Below are positions 30,505 to 44,560 of a stretch of 64,000 bases of DNA, piece after piece. This DNA is from Schmidtea polychroa (taxonomy: Eukaryota), in NCBI GenBank assembly GCA_044892525.1, contig CM097885.1:20090001-20154000 (forward strand), given 5' to 3'. Under the pieces are notes generated by a model. That model was not told where the DNA came from and ran no database searches. It worked only from the letters and a program-made list of their open reading frames with translations. Made by a program: the position numbers and the translations under genes. The number at the start of each line of letters is the position of its first letter. Position 1 is the first letter of the stretch.

Positions 30505-31338
30505 ATCATCATTCGCATAATGTCACAAATTTCAATATCAGTGCTGGAAGTGTATGCACAACTGAAGGCTTTAAGTGTGCGTAAAATTTTAATTTCGATT
30601 CGTGCCTCATTTCCATTCTGGTAAAATTATGAGACATCGCTACATCGATATCTGAAAGCATCATAAGAACAAGTTCACGTGGAATATTCTCACAGAGAAT
30701 GAGACACCACTTAGCACATATTACTAAGTCTAAGGGGATTATGCTGAATAAAATAGGCTGGTAATAAGCCATCAGTCAAAATAAAATCAAGGACTTCCCA
30801 CCACAGGATGTTCATGCTTCTTATCTTCTGGAACAATAATGATGTTGTGCATATGTACTTCGCTGATAAATCAATTAACGTTAATGCCGAGGATTACAGA
30901 AACCTCATAGCAACAACCAGAAAGAAAAGAAGACAGGCAGTGATGTCGCCGTGGTTTATGTATGGCAATGCGCCTGTTCACTGAACAGACATATCCTAAA
31001 TCAGAACTAAGCAGACTCGCTTGTTGTTTCTTGAGTACTCTTCTTGTGTCCAGTGACTACTACTTCTTTTGACATATTAAGATATATCAAAAAGAGAAAT
31101 CATGTGCAGGCGCCGAGGATTTACGGATGCGGTCGAAGAGTTATTTGAGGAATGCAACTCAGATTTCTTTAAAAATGGATTTCTCGAACTTCATCAGTGC
31201 TGGCAGAAATGTTTAGAGCGACAGTGATCATGCTTAGAAGAGTAATGTCTATCTATATTGCTTTCGTGTGTTTAAAAATAAAAGTCCTGCTTTATTTTAT
31301 TTACATCTTAGGCCTGGGACTTATTGAACGCACCACGT
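30505..31338 (+). mobile_element. Degenerate mariner transposon remnant
   Basis: Fragments WFMYGNAPVH, DYYFF, EELFEECNSDFFKNG...WQKCLE; terminal CTGGGACTTATTGAACGCACCACGT resembles a mariner TIR. Confidence 0.75.
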
Positions 31339-31540
31339 TTGCGGTTCATGGGTATCATTTGGCTGACTTGTGCCAAAACTTCCGCAGCCCCTTAATTAAG
31401 AATTTAACTGCAATTTAACACACAGTGTTGCATATATATTGCGCTTATGAAAAAGATGTTCTGAATGGTGTAATGAATTTATTTTAGAAATAAACAGTAT
31501 AATATTTTTTCTTTAATATATTAAACATAAAAGATATGAC

Positions 31541-31730
31541 CTGTCAACATTCTGGTTGCTTGCATTTTATAGAATGCTCGTGATTTCTTTGATTTTTCAA
31601 ATATTTCTGTAATAGTCATGAGTTCAAGAGTTTGTACATCAGCGGTTGGATGCTTTAGGCGCATTTCTTTAAATGTAATCATATAATTTTCTCGTAAATG
31701 TTCAAATTCTTCAATGTCTTCATCATATTC
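31541..31730 (-). CDS. NCX: Na+/Ca2+ exchanger exon 4
   Basis: EYDEDIEEFEHLRENYMITFKEMRLKHPTADVQTLELMTITEIFEKSKKSRAFYKMQATRMLTG matches NCX KSRAFYRIQATRLMTG; AG/GT boundaries. Confidence 0.9.
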
Positions 31731-32379
31731 CTATTTGTATATATGAGATTGTTAAAAATTTACAATATAAGGATTTTTATTGGTGTTTAAATTACCAAAG
31801 ATTGATAAAGTTTTATTCTTAATTTTTTACCATGTTTCTATTAATAAATTGTATTTGTTTTATCGAAATGTATATTTGTAAAAATTTTAATTTTGGATTC
31901 TTGAAAAAGCTTGTAGAACCTGTAAATCAAGAAAATAAAATTTTTAGTTTATTTTTTATCAATTTTTTTTAACTTTCGATCAATATTTTGCTTTTTAACA
32001 TTAACATTTCTTCACATCCTTTGAGAAATGTTTTGCTAAATATAAAACAAAAAACTGTTCGATAGCCTATAAAAAGAAATGAAGACTAACAAAATATGAC
32101 AATTGACTTAGTTGGAATTTTATGAAAATAAATTGTAGCGGAATTTGAATAAACATGAGTTTTCCCACATTTCTTTACAAATTCTCATAAACTATATTTA
32201 AACTTCTGAAGTGCGAAATAAAATAAATAAATCTCTTTTGGAAAAGAAATTATTTGTAATAAATTGCTGGAGCAATATCGTAAAAGTCCATTACCGACTT
32301 ATTTTGAATTAATTAACAAGATAAATATTTCTTTCAAAGATTCCGAATAAATGGTTATTCAATAGCTTGGTGACTATTA

Positions 32380-32570
32380 CAGGTGACGCTCCTATAACAC
32401 GGTTTGAAAATTGAAGTTATTTCTATGTACTTTAAAAAATATGTGTATATATTTTAATTTTTGTAACCTAACTACCTTTTTTATATTGGCCCTGTGTCCC
32501 ATATAACACGGTTTCACACAACACGCCGTTGTCTTGGAACCTATCTACCGTGTTATAGGAGGGTCACCTG
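32380..32570. mobile_element. Tc1/pogo-type MITE (191 bp)
   Basis: TIRs CAGGTGACGCTCCTATAACACGG / CCGTGTTATAGGAGGGTCACCTG with TA TSD. Confidence 0.85.
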
Positions 32571-34174
32571 TAATTTTCATTTAAAATTACGTCATACTGT
32601 AACTTTTCTCATTATAGAAAACGATGATTTCTTGATAGTATCATATGTTTGGTTTATTGTTAAGGTATTATTGATTTACACTCTGACTCCAATCGTATTC
32701 TTTGGTATCAAATCAATAAACTTCCAACAATATATAAATTTATTGATAACACAATTTACAAGAAAATATAACATTAGGCTCCAAAATTTGTAACAAGAAC
32801 ATAACGGCTATGAAATTCAATGGTGATTAGATTAAATAATTTTCTTTTAAAAAATGGAAACTAGTCAACTAAGATTTCATTTCGAGTAAAATTTTAAGTG
32901 ATAAAATTAAATATAAATTAATCTTTAATTTAAAGGAATTTATGCGATGAAAATGTTAAGAAAAGTAAAATTTTTAGATTTTAGCAAGAAGCGTTGAGGG
33001 CCAAAAATTTCAAGGAAATAGATGAGGCTAAATGAGCAGATAATAGAAGACTGTATATACTCATATTACATTAGTATCATATGCAATATAAATTAGATTT
33101 ATTTTTCAAATTTATCAATTTCTTTTGACTTTTTTAAGAGCTTTCTAGAAAGTGTTCACGGGTCGCATGATAAAGGCTGGCGGACTAGAGACTAGAGTAA
33201 AATAAAATATTCAAAATATTTCCATTTTATTGACAGTTTTTTGAAAAATTTGAATTGTTTGATTCTAGCAAAAATATATTGTGATGATAAACACACCATT
33301 ACCAATAAAATGGTAAATAGATATTTCCTAAGTTTTAAAAGGTCAGAAATGTAGTAAAAAATGAATAAATTTAATATTTAATGAAAAATCTTAGAAGGAC
33401 TACAAAAGTATAATTTACGTAAAAAAATATGCATTATCATCGTTTAAAACGCTCTTGTATTTATTTACAATGACTTGGGGTATTTTCGCGAATGGATTCG
33501 TCATCATAGTTTGTTATAATTACTAAATTGCGCATCATAACTAATCACGTAATAATTTTATAATTAAATTCTATAAAATGGCTAAAAACACGTCATGGTT
33601 TGTGAAAAAATTCTTAATGGAATGTAGCATTTCTTTCAGTAAAAGACATAACTTCGATGAAGATGGTTTTATCATTCTTAAGAACATCTTTCCAATTTAT
33701 TTAAGAACTTAGTTTGAATATTCAACAATAAACATTACTGATAAGTTCTGAAATTTATTAAAAAGAATTATTTAGTAATTGAAAATTTTAATTTCAGTGA
33801 GGTAGGATTGATAGGGGCATCGATGGAGAAAAGTGAGCTAGCTCTAAACCATTATTGATTGAGGCTCAAATGCTTATTTTAGGTTTTATGCCACAAATTT
33901 GTAAAACTTTTGAATTTAATGTCTGAAAACAACTTTATAACACAACTTATATTGTCCCGGGCAACGCCGGGTACCCCACAGAGTATATATATAAACAATA
34001 ATTAGGGTATACAAAAAATTGTAAAAGACCGTCTCGAGAGTAATTCAAAGTTACTCGATTGAATAATTTTGAAAAATGTTTTAATTAATTCACTGAATAT
34101 TTTATACTTAATTATTGTTCATTCTATGATGTTTTTAATATGAAATGTCGTTATTTTATTTTTTATTGTTTTAA

Positions 34175-34402
34175 CCACTTAACTCTTTAAAAATGAAAAT
34201 TTGTGGTAAAAAAAAACTATAATTTTTATGACGCACGATAACTAACGCCCACAACGTAAAACTACGTCAATTCGTTTATTAGACCCGCAGAGTTACGGTA
34301 TTCCCCATAGACTCAATGGTATAAAGTGCGTAAAATTACGTCACAAATTCTATTTCAACCACATTTTTTTGACGTTAATTTACGTCGATTCTCGTTAAGT
34401 GG
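34175..34402. mobile_element. piggyBac-type MITE
   Basis: TTAA-CCACTTAAC...GTTAAGTGG-TTAA. Confidence 0.7.
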
Positions 34403-35629
34403 TTAACTATTTTTTCATCAGTTTTATAGCTAATTTAAAAGCTTGTAAAATATTGATTCTTGTCTTACATTTTTTTGTATGTATATTTCTTATAGAATTT
34501 CTTGTCATTTTTCTTCATGAATTTAAACTGTTCTCTGCATAAGTCACGGAAACGAAACTTTTCGAAACAATATTTGTGAGAAACTTACATTTTAATGATG
34601 GTTTTACAAGTTTAAAGACAGGAACACAATAATATTCGACGATCAGTACAGTAACATTACAAATTTTGAATGAGTTAGGTTATGAAGTTCTTAATGAATT
34701 TAACTCATCAGACCAGTTAGTAACTTTCATTTTTTTTACACACCTGGATAACATTTTTCAATGTAAGGCTTTATCAAATCAAAGGGATATTAAAATATTT
34801 TTAAACATCGATTCTAAAACTCCCGGATTTCATGTTATTGTAATAAATAGACATTTTTGAAATTGGGAGAATGCATTGAAACTATGATGGTTATTTCGAT
34901 TAATAAATTTAACTTTAACTTGTTTTATTGAAATGTAGAAAAACTAAAATTTCAAATTAAACCTATTAGCTATACGAAAATACGAAAGTTCGCCTTAGAA
35001 ATCAAAAAGAAACAAATGTAGTTTTCTTCGTCAATATTTCTGTTTAAAACCGATTTTGATAGCAACAGTCTTGTTCATAAATTCTTTTAACAATTGCAGT
35101 ATTTATAGCCAGTTGTGAGCATTCCTTCAGCAAGCTGAAGCTCATTCCCTCCTATCTGAGTGCGTCGATGGAACAAGATCGTCTCTGTGATCTTATACTT
35201 CTCAGTATAGGTTTTGATGTTATTATTGACAAATTTGCAGGCATGAAAGCGATAAAAATCAATTTAATATGAATTTTTGGAATGGGCGCATTGGGTGGCG
35301 GTTAACATATATACTAACTTTTGGTAATATTATTGTGGTCATTGTAGCAGTTAAAATTTATTGTCTTTCTACAGTGTTTTTTGGTGATAGTGTTATTAAG
35401 TCATTGACTACGGAACTCTTATTTTTCAATGGCACCGAATACTGTGCTCCAATGTTTCAGTGACACGGGGATGGCGCAAAATTTATACATTATACGACTC
35501 TGTATATATGAATGAGTCCTTTAGAATTTCATTATTATTGATTGGCTTATTATAAAAAATTGCATTTTTAGATCGATTTTAATTATAACTGAAATGCCTT
35601 CGACACGGTCCCTTTGATAATTTACTAAC

Positions 35630-36472
35630 CAATCTAATTTGAATCGGTCCTTTTCGTTTAAGGCACGAAACCAAAAACTTTGAACAGACTTGCCTATCCG
35701 TCAAATACGCTAACATGACAGTAATTGGAAACAAAAGAAATGTAATAACGGCTTCCCAAACCTCAATTATACCTCTAAACATAATTAATTTTAGCTTAAA
35801 ATGTAATGTAGCAAATATACTCTGAAATGACTCCAAGAATTAAATAGAGCCAAACATATGCCACTATGGAAAATGTCGCTGTTACAAAGAAAACACCTAT
35901 GTTATCTATTCGCCTCGTTTCTCCATCTGGTATTACGAAAATACAAATGGCAATAATGATAAATAAATTGAATGCCGCACTGCCGACAATTGTTCCAGGA
36001 CCTAAAGTACCACTTTGGAAATCTTTCCCACAAGTTTCTATAACAGACAACATTATTTCAGGCGCCGAACTCCCTAAAGCCATTAGAGTTAGATTTGACA
36101 CCGTTTCATTCCAAACTCGTACTTTAATGTTCTTGAAATGGATCATCAACAAATAAATACTGATTCGATTAGACAAATATAATTACTAACAACTTTCTGT
36201 CCATTTTTCAGTACCAATTCCACGTCCTTTTCTTCCGATGTAATTCGTTCAATGGAAGCCATAAACCTATCAGATATAATTGATACTCCCAGAAATATAT
36301 AACATAATGCAAGGACATAAATGATTGATCTGATAACCGTGTCGACATATTCAATATCTATTGGATGCCATGCAGGAATAATCAGCCCATCTACGCATTT
36401 GGTAAAGTTATCACAATCAAATCCATGACATTTAACATTCATAAATAGAATAAAGACGTAATATTTTCCCAT
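35630..36472 (-). CDS. NCX: Na+/Ca2+ exchanger exons 1-3 (36472-36191, 36131-35821, 35774-35630): signal peptide and TM1-5 with alpha-1 repeat
   Basis: YIFLGVSIISDRFMASIERITS, VRVWNETVSNLTLMALGSSAPEIMLS, GTLGPGTIVGSAAFNLF, GIIEVWEA; 59- and 46-bp GT-AG introns. Confidence 0.93.
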
Positions 36473-37320
36473 AATTTGAAATTCTAAATAATTATTCATA
36501 TCTGTACAACGAAGTAAACTGATTTTCAAATTTTGATTTATTTAAATGATTTTACCAAGCTCGCTTATGGTGCTATTTTTAAACAAAAACAACCTTGAAA
36601 TTAAATATTTCATTTTATTATAGTGAATATTTCAAAAATTTTATGCTAAATTTAAAAACATTTAAAATTTTTATAAATAAATTGAACATAAGCAAACTAT
36701 ATGAATATGTAATTTTTATTTGAAAAATTGTTGAAATATTAATAATTTTCATGAATTTAAAATATTCCAATTATATAATAATTGTATGTTTGTATTGGGT
36801 TGTGATCTGTCCTTATTTCTTGTTTTTATAATCTATTCATAAGTCTCTTAATGATTGTTACTAAATGAGTATGGTTTCTGTTGTGAGCATATGTGTGACA
36901 AAAATGGTAGATATGTGATAACCAGACATTAATGGTGATTTGCAATATTTTAAATCAATATAGAATCTCTAGACAATATAGCTCCTCGAGATGGGATGTT
37001 TTGCTATATACTTTACTCGTATTATGTAACAAATATCTGGACCCAAGTGAAACTCCTGTCACAACAAAATAGATCTCGGTTACTCTTATGGGTCTATTAC
37101 AAAAAGCTCGTTACCGTCTAACCTTCACATAACTTCTTTTATTGGGCCAGCAGGTCATTGCAGGCCATATTGCATAGTCCTATTTCAACTCTATCTATAT
37201 GTCTTTGGTATTTATTGCCATTTTTCTATTGCTCAATACTTAGAACTTTTGTTGAGGATACTTTGTTGAGGATACGTAAAGAACAAATAAATAAATAAAT
37301 AAAATTACTTGGGGGAAGAT

Positions 37321-38977
37321 TGTCATGACAAACGGGACGATCTATGGGAACTCAGAAAAGAAAACGGAAGTAAAAGGAAATGAGAAATGAGAAATACGAA
37401 TGAAACAAAAGAAATCAGACATGAAAGCAAAAATAAAGGTCAAAACTAATTAATTAGTACAAAAAGGGAAAAGGAATTTTGAAATTGGGAAAATAGAAAA
37501 CAACAATATTCTTATCTTGACAGCTTGCAAAAGATAACGGCATCAAAACAAAAACAGTCCGGAGTCACGAAAAGGAAAATTAGAAAATATCTCGACAGCT
37601 ATCAAAGATAACTCGGTTGCAGGGAAAACTTGGAAATCATGTCGGAGAAAAAAAATGTGGAATTAAAGATAAACTGAAGTGCCACGAATTGAGAAGGTAT
37701 AAAAAGAGGTGGCACAGCAGAAGCAAGCAGAGAACTATAGAGAGGACAATTTAGAAAATTAAGAGAAAGTGGAAGAATTGTATTAGCGTACAGTTTGGGA
37801 AACCATTGAGAGAACAATTTGGAAGAACAAATTGAAAAAAACTGAAGCAGAGAAACTAAAGAGAAAACAGAAATAAAGAGAAGCAGCCAGAGTTATTAAG
37901 TTGATAATAGAATAAAGTTAGGCGAGTACGCCAAGTCAAAATCAGGAAACAACCAGTTAGAATTACTAATTATTACACTTCTCAGTTGTGAGAGATTCAT
38001 CAAATCAAGGTTATACTAGTGTGCTAATCCCCACCATAGTGTTGTAATAAGCACGGTATAATAGTTAGCTTTGTCGGGGTTCAATAGAAGAGGCACAAAA
38101 ATGAGGTGAAAAATCAATAAAAACACCAAATTCACAATAAAAATTTAAAGTACAAAATATTAATTAAAAATCAAAAAAAATTAAAAAATGAATATTTCCC
38201 GGGGGAAATTGGTATGGGTAAATGCTAAATAATGAGTCGAGTTCAACCATAATAAAATAAAATTAAATGGGGGGTCCCCAGAAAAAATAAATTACAAAAA
38301 TTAAAAATTAATTAACTAATGTAGAACTCGAGCTAATGGGAAACCCGAGCTAATGGGAAACCTGAGACAATGGAAAACCCAAGCGATTTGAGAGAACCTG
38401 AATTATCAATCCAATTAGGAAAGGCAATTAAATTAGCCGACTAAAATTAAATTGGAGCGAGCCGTCAAAGGAAACGGGCAAAATCCTCAAAGCTAATTAG
38501 AGCTACAAGAGGAAACCCTGTGTGGAGTTGAATCCAGACTAAATTGCAAAGTAAAATCAATTATTGAATGGGTATAAAAGCGACTGGCAAGAAAACTAAA
38601 TTGCCAGTTGGTCGAAGAAAAAGAAAACAAAAGTTTAGCGGGAGCGACAAAGAAACGTTAAAGTTAGTAGCAATTGGAAGATCTATCCCTGCATGAGATT
38701 TCTAGTTTTATTGAAAAGTGCAGACCAAAAAGGATTGTATCAAGTGTGATTGAATTAATAGAAAGTGCAACTAAAGTGTAACTGTATCAGTCTTAAATAA
38801 AGATTTTGTGTTGGGTCGTTTATTTATTTTTAAAAGGACACAAAGGAGTCAGACAGTAATATTGACTTGCACAAAATACCCAACAGCTTGTTGAGTCAAT
38901 TGTATCATTGTGAAAATATTTCTGATATTCAATAAAGTTTCCAGAGTTATTTGTTGTTTGTGGTTCAGTGAAAGACA
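37321..38977 (+). mobile_element. LTR remnant (preceded by a PPT-like tract) interrupted by a solo LTR
   Basis: GGGGGAAGAT then TGTC...GACA ends; AATAAA at about 38930. Confidence 0.5.
38072..38885 (+). mobile_element. Solo LTR (814 bp), same family as 13982-14727
   Basis: TGTCGGGG...CCCAACA, 4-bp TSD GCTT, TATA GGGTATAAAA, AATAAA at about 38796. Confidence 0.8.
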
Positions 38978-39967
38978 CGCTCGGAGTCAGAGTAAAACAT
39001 TTAACTTCATCACCAACCCTGGTAGACGCAATTAAATTCAAATCTTCTTCAAGCATTTATTTTTTATAACAACTTCAAAACTGTGTCGTTTATTAGCATA
39101 TTTAAACACCGAGGCGTGATAATTATTAATATTAATGTAATTACCGGTCATACATTTAATTGATTTAATTTAATACAATTTAATATAATATGATATAATT
39201 TAATATATAATTTAAATAAAAAAATTTAACAGAAATAATTATTTCTACTAACTGATCTCACTTCTACCATTTAACCATAACAATTTTATATAGGGGTTTA
39301 CTAACTACTTACAAACCCAATAACCCAACAATTTTTTATTTGAAAATACCTAGAAGTTATATACAAAACTAACTTATATAAACAAAATTTTAATTACATT
39401 TTCTTTTAAAACTCGAACAAACTTTTTTCAACTGTTGGCGTATGTGGGGAGAAAGAAAGGTTTATCACAAAACATACACTCATTTTCATTCTGCTAAGGC
39501 CCTTCCCCAACATACTCCTCATGACTTTACTGATATTCCCTCATATGAGCCCGTGATGATGTTACACGTTGGTGATGCCCACACGGGTTGGAGTTGGTTA
39601 ATAGGTGAGCCCCTGCCTTAGGACTACGGTTAACCCACCCGCGGTTCGAGGTTCCAAGGTGCCTTAGAAGGTCTTACCCCTATTCACACATATAGCTCGG
39701 TTCGACCCTGGTCCAAGGGGACGACCTCTAACCTAATTGCATGCATTCAAAAATCATCCTTTCATTCAAAACTGATCCCACAAGCACGCATATCGAAAAT
39801 AACCACAATGAAATCAAAATTATATTGAAATAAAGATAAAAGAAAAAATATTTATAACAATCAGCATAACGACAAAATTTAACTAGTTAAACACATGTAG
39901 CACTGTCAAATTTTCGTAATGTCAAGTTGAATCTCCAGAAGAAAAATCGAGACCGATAGTAAGCCGA

Positions 39968-40729
39968 TCAATTGAATCCTTCCCCTTCGGCAATCATTTC
40001 ATCCATGTCGACCGACAGCCGCCGATCCGATATGAATTTGATTCCCTCGGCCGGAACTACCCGGAAGATCTCTTTCGCGGGGATCGAGTGAGTGGAAGAG
40101 ATCTCCTTAATGGTTGTCTGTGCCACAGATAGTGACGCTTCGAGTGCGGCTATAGCGTTCCTACGCTTTTGGTTCTTCTCCGAGCGAGTCGGTCGTTTCC
40201 GCTTTCGAGGTTGCAAGTTATTTCCCGCTGAAGGAGACGCGGTGGGTGCTACAAGACTTGGGGCCAAGATGGGGTCTGAAGGACCTCCTGCCATTGGTCT
40301 ATAGCCCGATAGCACTGGGGCTGGAATGGGAAGCAGATGTGGGCGGTGCCCCTTGCAACTTGAGGTTGAAGACTCCAAGGGTTGGTGATGAATTGGGAAC
40401 ACGTTGGTTCCATCTTGAATTGGGAATTCGCGCACTCGTTTCGCTAATTCAGCATCCGAATAAATCTTGTGGAGGGCTTCAGATTGAGCCTTTATTGTCA
40501 GTCGCTGACATCGGCTTTCCTCCAGGAGACTGTCACGACAGTGCTCCAATCTCAAAATTTTACTCCGCTCTTCCTTCATCTGTGGCGGGGAGAACCACGT
40601 TCCTTCGTATAAATCTATACGTTTTTTGAGAGCCCCAATATAGAGGTGAAGTTGTGCAATATCCGCGCTCTTGTCTGCACAAGAAAAACACGGGCGAAGC
40701 TCCTTGTTAGTGTTGGACGTTGTAGACAT
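39968..40729 (-). CDS. Orphan 253-aa protein in a GC-rich island (CxxC, coiled coil, Pro-rich, basic NLS-like segment)
   Basis: Uninterrupted ORF at much higher GC than its flanks; no family recognised. Confidence 0.5.
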   Translation of the reverse strand: MSTTSNTNKELRPCFSCADKSADIAQLHLYIGALKKRIDLYEGTWFSPPQMKEERSKILRLEHCRDSLLEESRCQRLTIKAQSEALHKIYSDAELAKRVREFPIQDGTNVFPIHHQPLESSTSSCKGHRPHLLPIPAPVLSGYRPMAGGPSDPILAPSLVAPTASPSAGNNLQPRKRKRPTRSEKNQKRRNAIAALEASLSVAQTTIKEISSTHSIPAKEIFRVVPAEGIKFISDRRLSVDMDEMIAEGEGFN

Positions 40730-41279
40730 CTAAAGATCAAGAAGGTTTTATTTTAATCCGTAAAATTATTCGCGTGAGATTTATAAATTCGAATGTGGGT
40801 TCGACAATCCTATCAATCATTCCATTCGGTGACGAATATGTCATTTGCCAATATTCATACGCATTTACCCTCAAGCCTTCAAGTTGATCCACTTAATCCA
40901 TGTAATTCAGAAAAAAGGAAATGGGGATTCTCAAAACAATTTACCTAATATAACTTCAACTTCCGTTTTACTTTTCGGATTGGACAATTTCCATCTAATA
41001 CCCTTTTATTAATTTATTACTAGCAATTCTACCATCTTTATTTTATTTGTTATGTCCTAATAATTATATTTTTAATCCTCTTGTTGCTAGACCCTATTTA
41101 ATTGTGCGTACGTTGTGTTAAGAAAGTGTAGTTCAGTGTCACCGGTGTCTCTTTGCGCTGTATCAAACCTGAAGGGGTTTATAAAAGAATCGAAATTTAT
41201 TAGTTTAATTTTTATCGTAAATTACAATTTGATTATTTTAAATCCTGCGCTATCAATATCGTCATGGTGATGCCTATCT

Positions 41280-44200
41280 GTGTGTAACTTTAACACCAAG
41301 TGTCAAGTATAATTTTAATAATCTTCAATGAATCACATAATTAGATTTTGGAGGATGAGTTAATAACAATTTTTCAACCTTAGACCCAGCAGGTTTCATT
41401 TTTTCAGCAGCTACAGGGAAATCATCCAACTTATCATGAAGCTCAGAAGGAATTACAAGATCAACTTCAAGAGTGTATCCATAAGACAAAGATTCAAGAT
41501 TTAAATTCCTACATTCATCCATTATTAAATCAAAGCCATCAAGAACCCAACTAAATTCGCCACAAGGTAATGATTGACTTAAAGCCCAACCATAAAGATT
41601 ATTAATATCTATATATAGTAACTCGGTGTTCTCATCGGTTTTTACGTAATGCTTATTCACAAAAGTAAGACCGCCTCTTATTCCACCCTCATAAAAGCTA
41701 AACATTTCGTTTTCAGTTATGAGCTCAATTGGTTCATTTAAAGACATTAATGCAGAAGACCAAGACATACCTGGAATTCCGAAATAATTCAATGGTTCCA
41801 ATCTATTGTGAGCAATGGATTTCAACCGAAACCGATGAAAGAAATCAGCCAAAAGAAAACAATCAAGTTTTAGGTAGATCATCATATAATCTAATAAAGT
41901 TAGGCAATTAGTTTCTACCCAAATCTCCTGAGCTTTTTCATACTCAAGCTCAGTGACACCCTCCCAGATTGGTGGTAATTCATAAGTAGTCTGGAGAATA
42001 TCTAAAGATGTGGCGAAATTATAAGGGAAGATTCCTTTTTCAGAAACTATAGTACCAGAAAAAGCAGAATTAGTAAAAGGCAAAGAATTCAAAGTTTTGA
42101 CTGCTTTAGCTAAAGAATCATTGACAAATTGATAAGAATCAATGAATCTTAAGCTAATTTTGCCTAAATGAGCAATCAAAGAAATAAATTTTTCAGTAGT
42201 TATTGGGATGCAACCTAAAGTCCAATTTTTAAATTTATTTAATCCGTATTTAAGTATATGATGCATATCGTATCCCTTCAAGTTATGAAATACGATAGGC
42301 AAAATTTTATTTATTTTCCTATTTATGTTACATGTGCTACAAGCTGCACCCAATTATTTCCCCGTAAAATGATCGTGATCTCTAACAGGATCGACGATAG
42401 ATTTCATACAAAGATAACAAACAGATGCACTAACAAATTGACGTTGTTCAATTTTTGTTAATTTCATCATAGGTTTCCTACCCATTTTATAATAAAAAGG
42501 AAGAACCTTATTTAATGCTATATCCTCTATAGCACTTAAAAACTCTCGACGCAATCTAAACCTATGAACTGTTGATAAGATTTAGATCCGTCAAAGTTAT
42601 TTACAAGTAAAAGACAAGCAGATATTGGCATGTGTCGTTGGAAATGAACATTATCAGAAGGTAAAATAGCCTCAAAAAAAACTACAAAAGGAGGAGTTAC
42701 TGTTTTCGACCAGTCAGTAAACTGTAATAATTTATTTTGAGGGAAAGTATAAAGAGTTGTTCCTAATTGATTACGTTTACATAATATTTCATGTTTGTCC
42801 AGTGCGTGTTTATACCTAAACCCATTCAAACACCGATGGCACCATAATGATTGTATGCGTGTAGAACAAGTAGTGTTGATATGACAATTCATTAACTTAT
42901 TTAAATTACTTATAGCAACGTAATGGAAATTGTTTCCTTTATTTAATAGTAGTAAATTAATTACAGTTCCATTTAAAACTTTGGAACGATGTATAATGTC
43001 TAAATGTGGATGTTTTAAAACGTAATTATCTGTTTATTGTTTGCTATTGTCATAAGAAAAAACGTTAATTATTAAGCCGGGATTTTTGGTCTCAAATTTT
43101 CTAATGTCTTTTAATTTCATGGGTAAATCTAACGGATTATATATTAAGTCGGATAAATTATAACTGGATGTCCTATTTCTATTTTGTCTACTAATCTCAT
43201 TATATTTTAAAATAGCTAAAATGCTATATAAAAAACATGAATCATCGGTATTTTTTATATTAATTAAGAATTTTTTATTTTTTAGACAAGTAGGTAGTTC
43301 AATGAAACTCCTACCACTTAATCTACTTAACCTACTTATTTTTGTTATGGTGAAGTGAATTTCTGTTATTTTTCTTATGATCCAGCTACTACCTAACTCT
43401 GTAATATTATTTATTTTCTCATTTAGTTCCCTAATGCCTTCATCAAAAAATGATGAAGTTAAAGGTTTTGCATAATTCGAAATATTATTAACCTTTATTT
43501 CCCCATCTTTTTCAAATTCGATTGTTATTCCGAATTGAATTTTGACGGAGCCTAATTCGTTAATAATATCTCTCAATTTTATAATTAATTGTTCTGGAAA
43601 TATTATTTCCTTTATATTTAAGTTACTAGTATTTAAACTTAATATTTGATGTGTACCCCTTAGATCTTTTTGTATTATGGGAACATTACCCCCTATTTGT
43701 ACAGTGGTTATTCCGTCCCAAGAATCAAAGGAAATATTATCCAATCCATCATTGGATTCACCTACATTCCAAGAATCAAGGGAAATATTATCCAATCCGT
43801 CATTGGATTCACCTACATTCCAAGAGTCAAGGGAAATATTATCCAATCCATCATTGGATTCACCTACATTCCAAGAATCAAGGGAAATATTATCCAATCC
43901 ATCATTGGATTCACCTACATTCCAAGAATCAAGGGAAATATTATCCAATCCATCATTGGATTCAACAACTAATCCATTATCGGATTCAACCTCTAATCCA
44001 TTATTGGATTCAACATCTAATCCAACCTGGGATTCAACCTCTAATCCGACCTGGGATTCAAAAGAAAAAGTATCTAATTTAATTTTTTTATCAGTAATAT
44101 TTATTTCTATACTCGAAGGTCGTTTAAAAAAACTATCTTTTTTAAAATTGAACCTATCTAAATGATGTTTATGTTTATTATAAAAAACACTATATGTTAC

Positions 44201-44334
44201 GGGGTCACTAGTCTTACATACGTTGCATATAAAAAAAGTTTTATTATAGTATTTTTTCGAGTAATAATTCTCCATTATAGAATGGCAATTATTATTATGT
44301 TCTTTCGATGAACAATAATTTGGGTAAAGTATAC
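41280..44334 (-). pseudogene. polB: Protein-primed DNA polymerase B pseudogene of the outer Polinton
   Basis: Collinear with inner pPolB (NTDDSCF, WCHRCLNGF, RDHDHFTGK, FHNLKGYD, RFIDSYQF, GIRGG, YIDINNLYGWAL); in-frame stops at 43034, 42354 and 41325, frameshift near 42545, C-terminus missing. Confidence 0.92.
43725..44060 (-). repeat. Coding tandem repeats (51-bp ESNDGLDNISLDSWNVG units, about 5 copies, plus 24-bp units) in the outer pPolB N-terminus
   Basis: Direct sequence and translation. Confidence 0.9.
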
Positions 44335-44560
44335 CTAATAAAATATATATTTAAAAATTGACTAAAACATTTGATAAAAATATATATATTTAAAAATTGA
44401 TAAAAAATATTAAAATTTTCAAATAATTTTGCATGTATGCATCCAATCAAAATTAATTATTTGCTATAAATGATAATTTAATGAAATAAATTTAACAAAA
44501 AATGTCTACTATAAATAGTATCCTATTAGAAGAAAATAGTACATCAGTTATAGTTATGGT

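Noticed and set aside
31830..31920. Extra NCX exon after cag at about 31921
   Set aside because: No NCX similarity, and exon 3 already joins exon 4 in phase 0
33954..33984. Helitron-like 3' hairpin (also about 16298-16323) and a lone piggyBac-like end at about 17752-17768
   Set aside because: Matching other ends not found; too short to delimit elements
43651..44165. Three plus-strand repetitive ORFs
   Set aside because: Antisense shadows of the 51-bp coding repeat in outer polB
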